Source: Acidisoma cellulosilyticum (lineage in GTDB: Bacteria; Pseudomonadota; Alphaproteobacteria; Acetobacterales; Acetobacteraceae). Taken from it: a stretch of 24,000 nucleotides of DNA. The translations under genes and the position numbers were made by a program. Shown piece after piece: positions 23,153 through 24,000 of this stretch (the stretch's first letter is position 1; every line of letters starts with the position of its first letter). Below the pieces are notes generated by a model. It saw nothing but the letters and a program-made list of their open reading frames with translations. It did not search any database and was not told the origin of the DNA. The stretch covers positions 458,691 to 482,690 of the forward strand of contig NZ_JAESVA010000004.1 in assembly GCF_020621385.1 (NCBI RefSeq), given 5' to 3'.

Positions 23153-24000
23153 ATGGACCTGCGCATCGGCACGATGGTGAAGTGCAATCAGGGGGATGTC
23201 GGCGCTTATCTGCGTCAGATCCTGCCACATGGTTTTGAGAGCATCGAGCCTTTCTTCTGGCAGAGCCTGGGCGGCGCCGATTTGCCGCGTCTGGCCGGCG
23301 AAATCCAGGAGGCGATCGGCGATCGCGATGTCACTATCTCGACCCTCGGCATGTTCGGCAATCCGCTGGAAGACGGGGCACTTGACCGTGCGACGCTGGA
23401 CGGGTGGAAAGCGCTCATCGACAATGCTCATCTTTTCGGTGCCAAGACGATAGCGGGCTTTACCGGTCGCGTGCGCGGCCGCCCGATCGAGGAGAGCCTG
23501 CCGCGGTACAAGGAGGTGTGGGGAGGGCTTGCGCGCCGCGCGGCGGATCGCGGGCTGCGCATCGCTTTCGAGAATTGCGCCATGGACGGCAATTGGGCCT
23601 CCGGCGACTGGAATATTGCGCATAATCCGGATGCCTGGGAGTTGATGTTCAATACCTTGCCGGATGAGAATATCGGCCTGGAATGGGAACCCTGCCATCA
23701 GATGGTCTATCTCATCGACCCGCTGCCGCAGATTCGCAAATGGGCGCCGCGTATCTTCCATGTCCATGGCAAGGACGCCACCATTCGTTGGCAGGTCATC
23801 CGAGAACATGGAATATTTGGAAAACATCCCTTCGTCTTCATGCGCACGCCGGGCTTTGGCGATTCCAACTGGACGGATGTGATTTCGGAACTTCGGCTTG
23901 CGGGCTATCGTGGATCGATCGATATCGAGGGCTGGCACGACCCGGTCTATCGCGATGCGCTGGAGATGACAGGGCAGGTGGCAGCCCTTCACCATTTGCA
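23153..24000 (+). CDS. Sugar phosphate isomerase/epimerase family protein (xylose-isomerase-like TIM barrel); 3' end lies beyond the window edge
   Basis: Absent from the ORF track because it is open at the edge. My translation from ATG 23153 gives MDLRIGTMVKCNQGDVGAYLRQILPHGFESIEPFFW...RIAFENCAMDGNW...EWEPCHQ...FHVHGKD...GSIDIEGWHDPVY..., with no stop in 282 codons. The E/H/D metal-ligand pattern is typical of this TIM-barrel family. It starts 17 nt after the oxidoreductase stop. Confidence 0.85.
   Translation, partial: MDLRIGTMVKCNQGDVGAYLRQILPHGFESIEPFFWQSLGGADLPRLAGEIQEAIGDRDVTISTLGMFGNPLEDGALDRATLDGWKALIDNAHLFGAKTIAGFTGRVRGRPIEESLPRYKEVWGGLARRAADRGLRIAFENCAMDGNWASGDWNIAHNPDAWELMFNTLPDENIGLEWEPCHQMVYLIDPLPQIRKWAPRIFHVHGKDATIRWQVIREHGIFGKHPFVFMRTPGFGDSNWTDVISELRLAGYRGSIDIEGWHDPVYRDALEMTGQVAALHHL

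Noticed and set aside
22784-23995. 403-aa minus-strand ORF opposite the oxidoreductase and TIM-barrel genes.
   Set aside because: It is antisense to two well-supported, tightly spaced plus-strand genes. Its composition is Arg/Ala-rich and it has no recognisable domain.
1-24000. Scan for rRNA, tRNA, CRISPR arrays, IS or transposase ends, integrase genes, long direct or inverted repeats, and toxin-antitoxin or defence-type genes.
   Set aside because: None was recognised by eye. Every sizeable ORF with family motifs is a metabolic, transport or regulatory gene. A computational repeat or ncRNA scan (Infernal, tRNAscan, ISfinder BLAST) would be needed to exclude small elements.

Overview
GC-rich, strongly GC3-biased window that looks like a catabolic/accessory region of a Rhizobiales-type alphaproteobacterium (taxonomy is inference only). 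I support 23 CDS and 3 regulatory regions, in four modules. (1) 1-6643: a biotin-independent malonate decarboxylase operon on the minus strand, order mdcA-C-D-E-G-B-H. mdcH runs off the left edge, and a GntR/FadR-type regulator is transcribed divergently. (2) 6907-14959: a ROK-family regulator converging on a tightly packed six-gene minus-strand operon. The operon encodes an APC permease, an M20 amidohydrolase, a sugar-type ABC binding protein, an ABC permease, a YhfX-like fold-type III PLP enzyme and a half-size ABC ATPase. This is the least explicable gene set here and my best candidate for an undescribed pathway, perhaps for a substrate with both sugar-like and amino-acid-like parts. (3) 15148-20876: an AraC regulator divergent from a GH4 (MelA-like) glycosidase and a CUT1 ABC importer with no ATPase gene. 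(4) 20922-24000: a LacI regulator divergent from a Gfo/Idh/MocA oxidoreductase and a xylose-isomerase-like TIM-barrel gene that runs off the right edge. A perfect 14-bp LacI-type operator lies between them. I saw no rRNA, tRNA, CRISPR array, IS element or phage/defence signature. All family calls rest on motifs and remembered homologues, not on searches. Several start codons were moved inward from the longest ORF using SD motifs and neighbouring stop codons. The many long Arg/Ala/Pro-rich ORFs antisense to real genes are treated as high-GC shadows.
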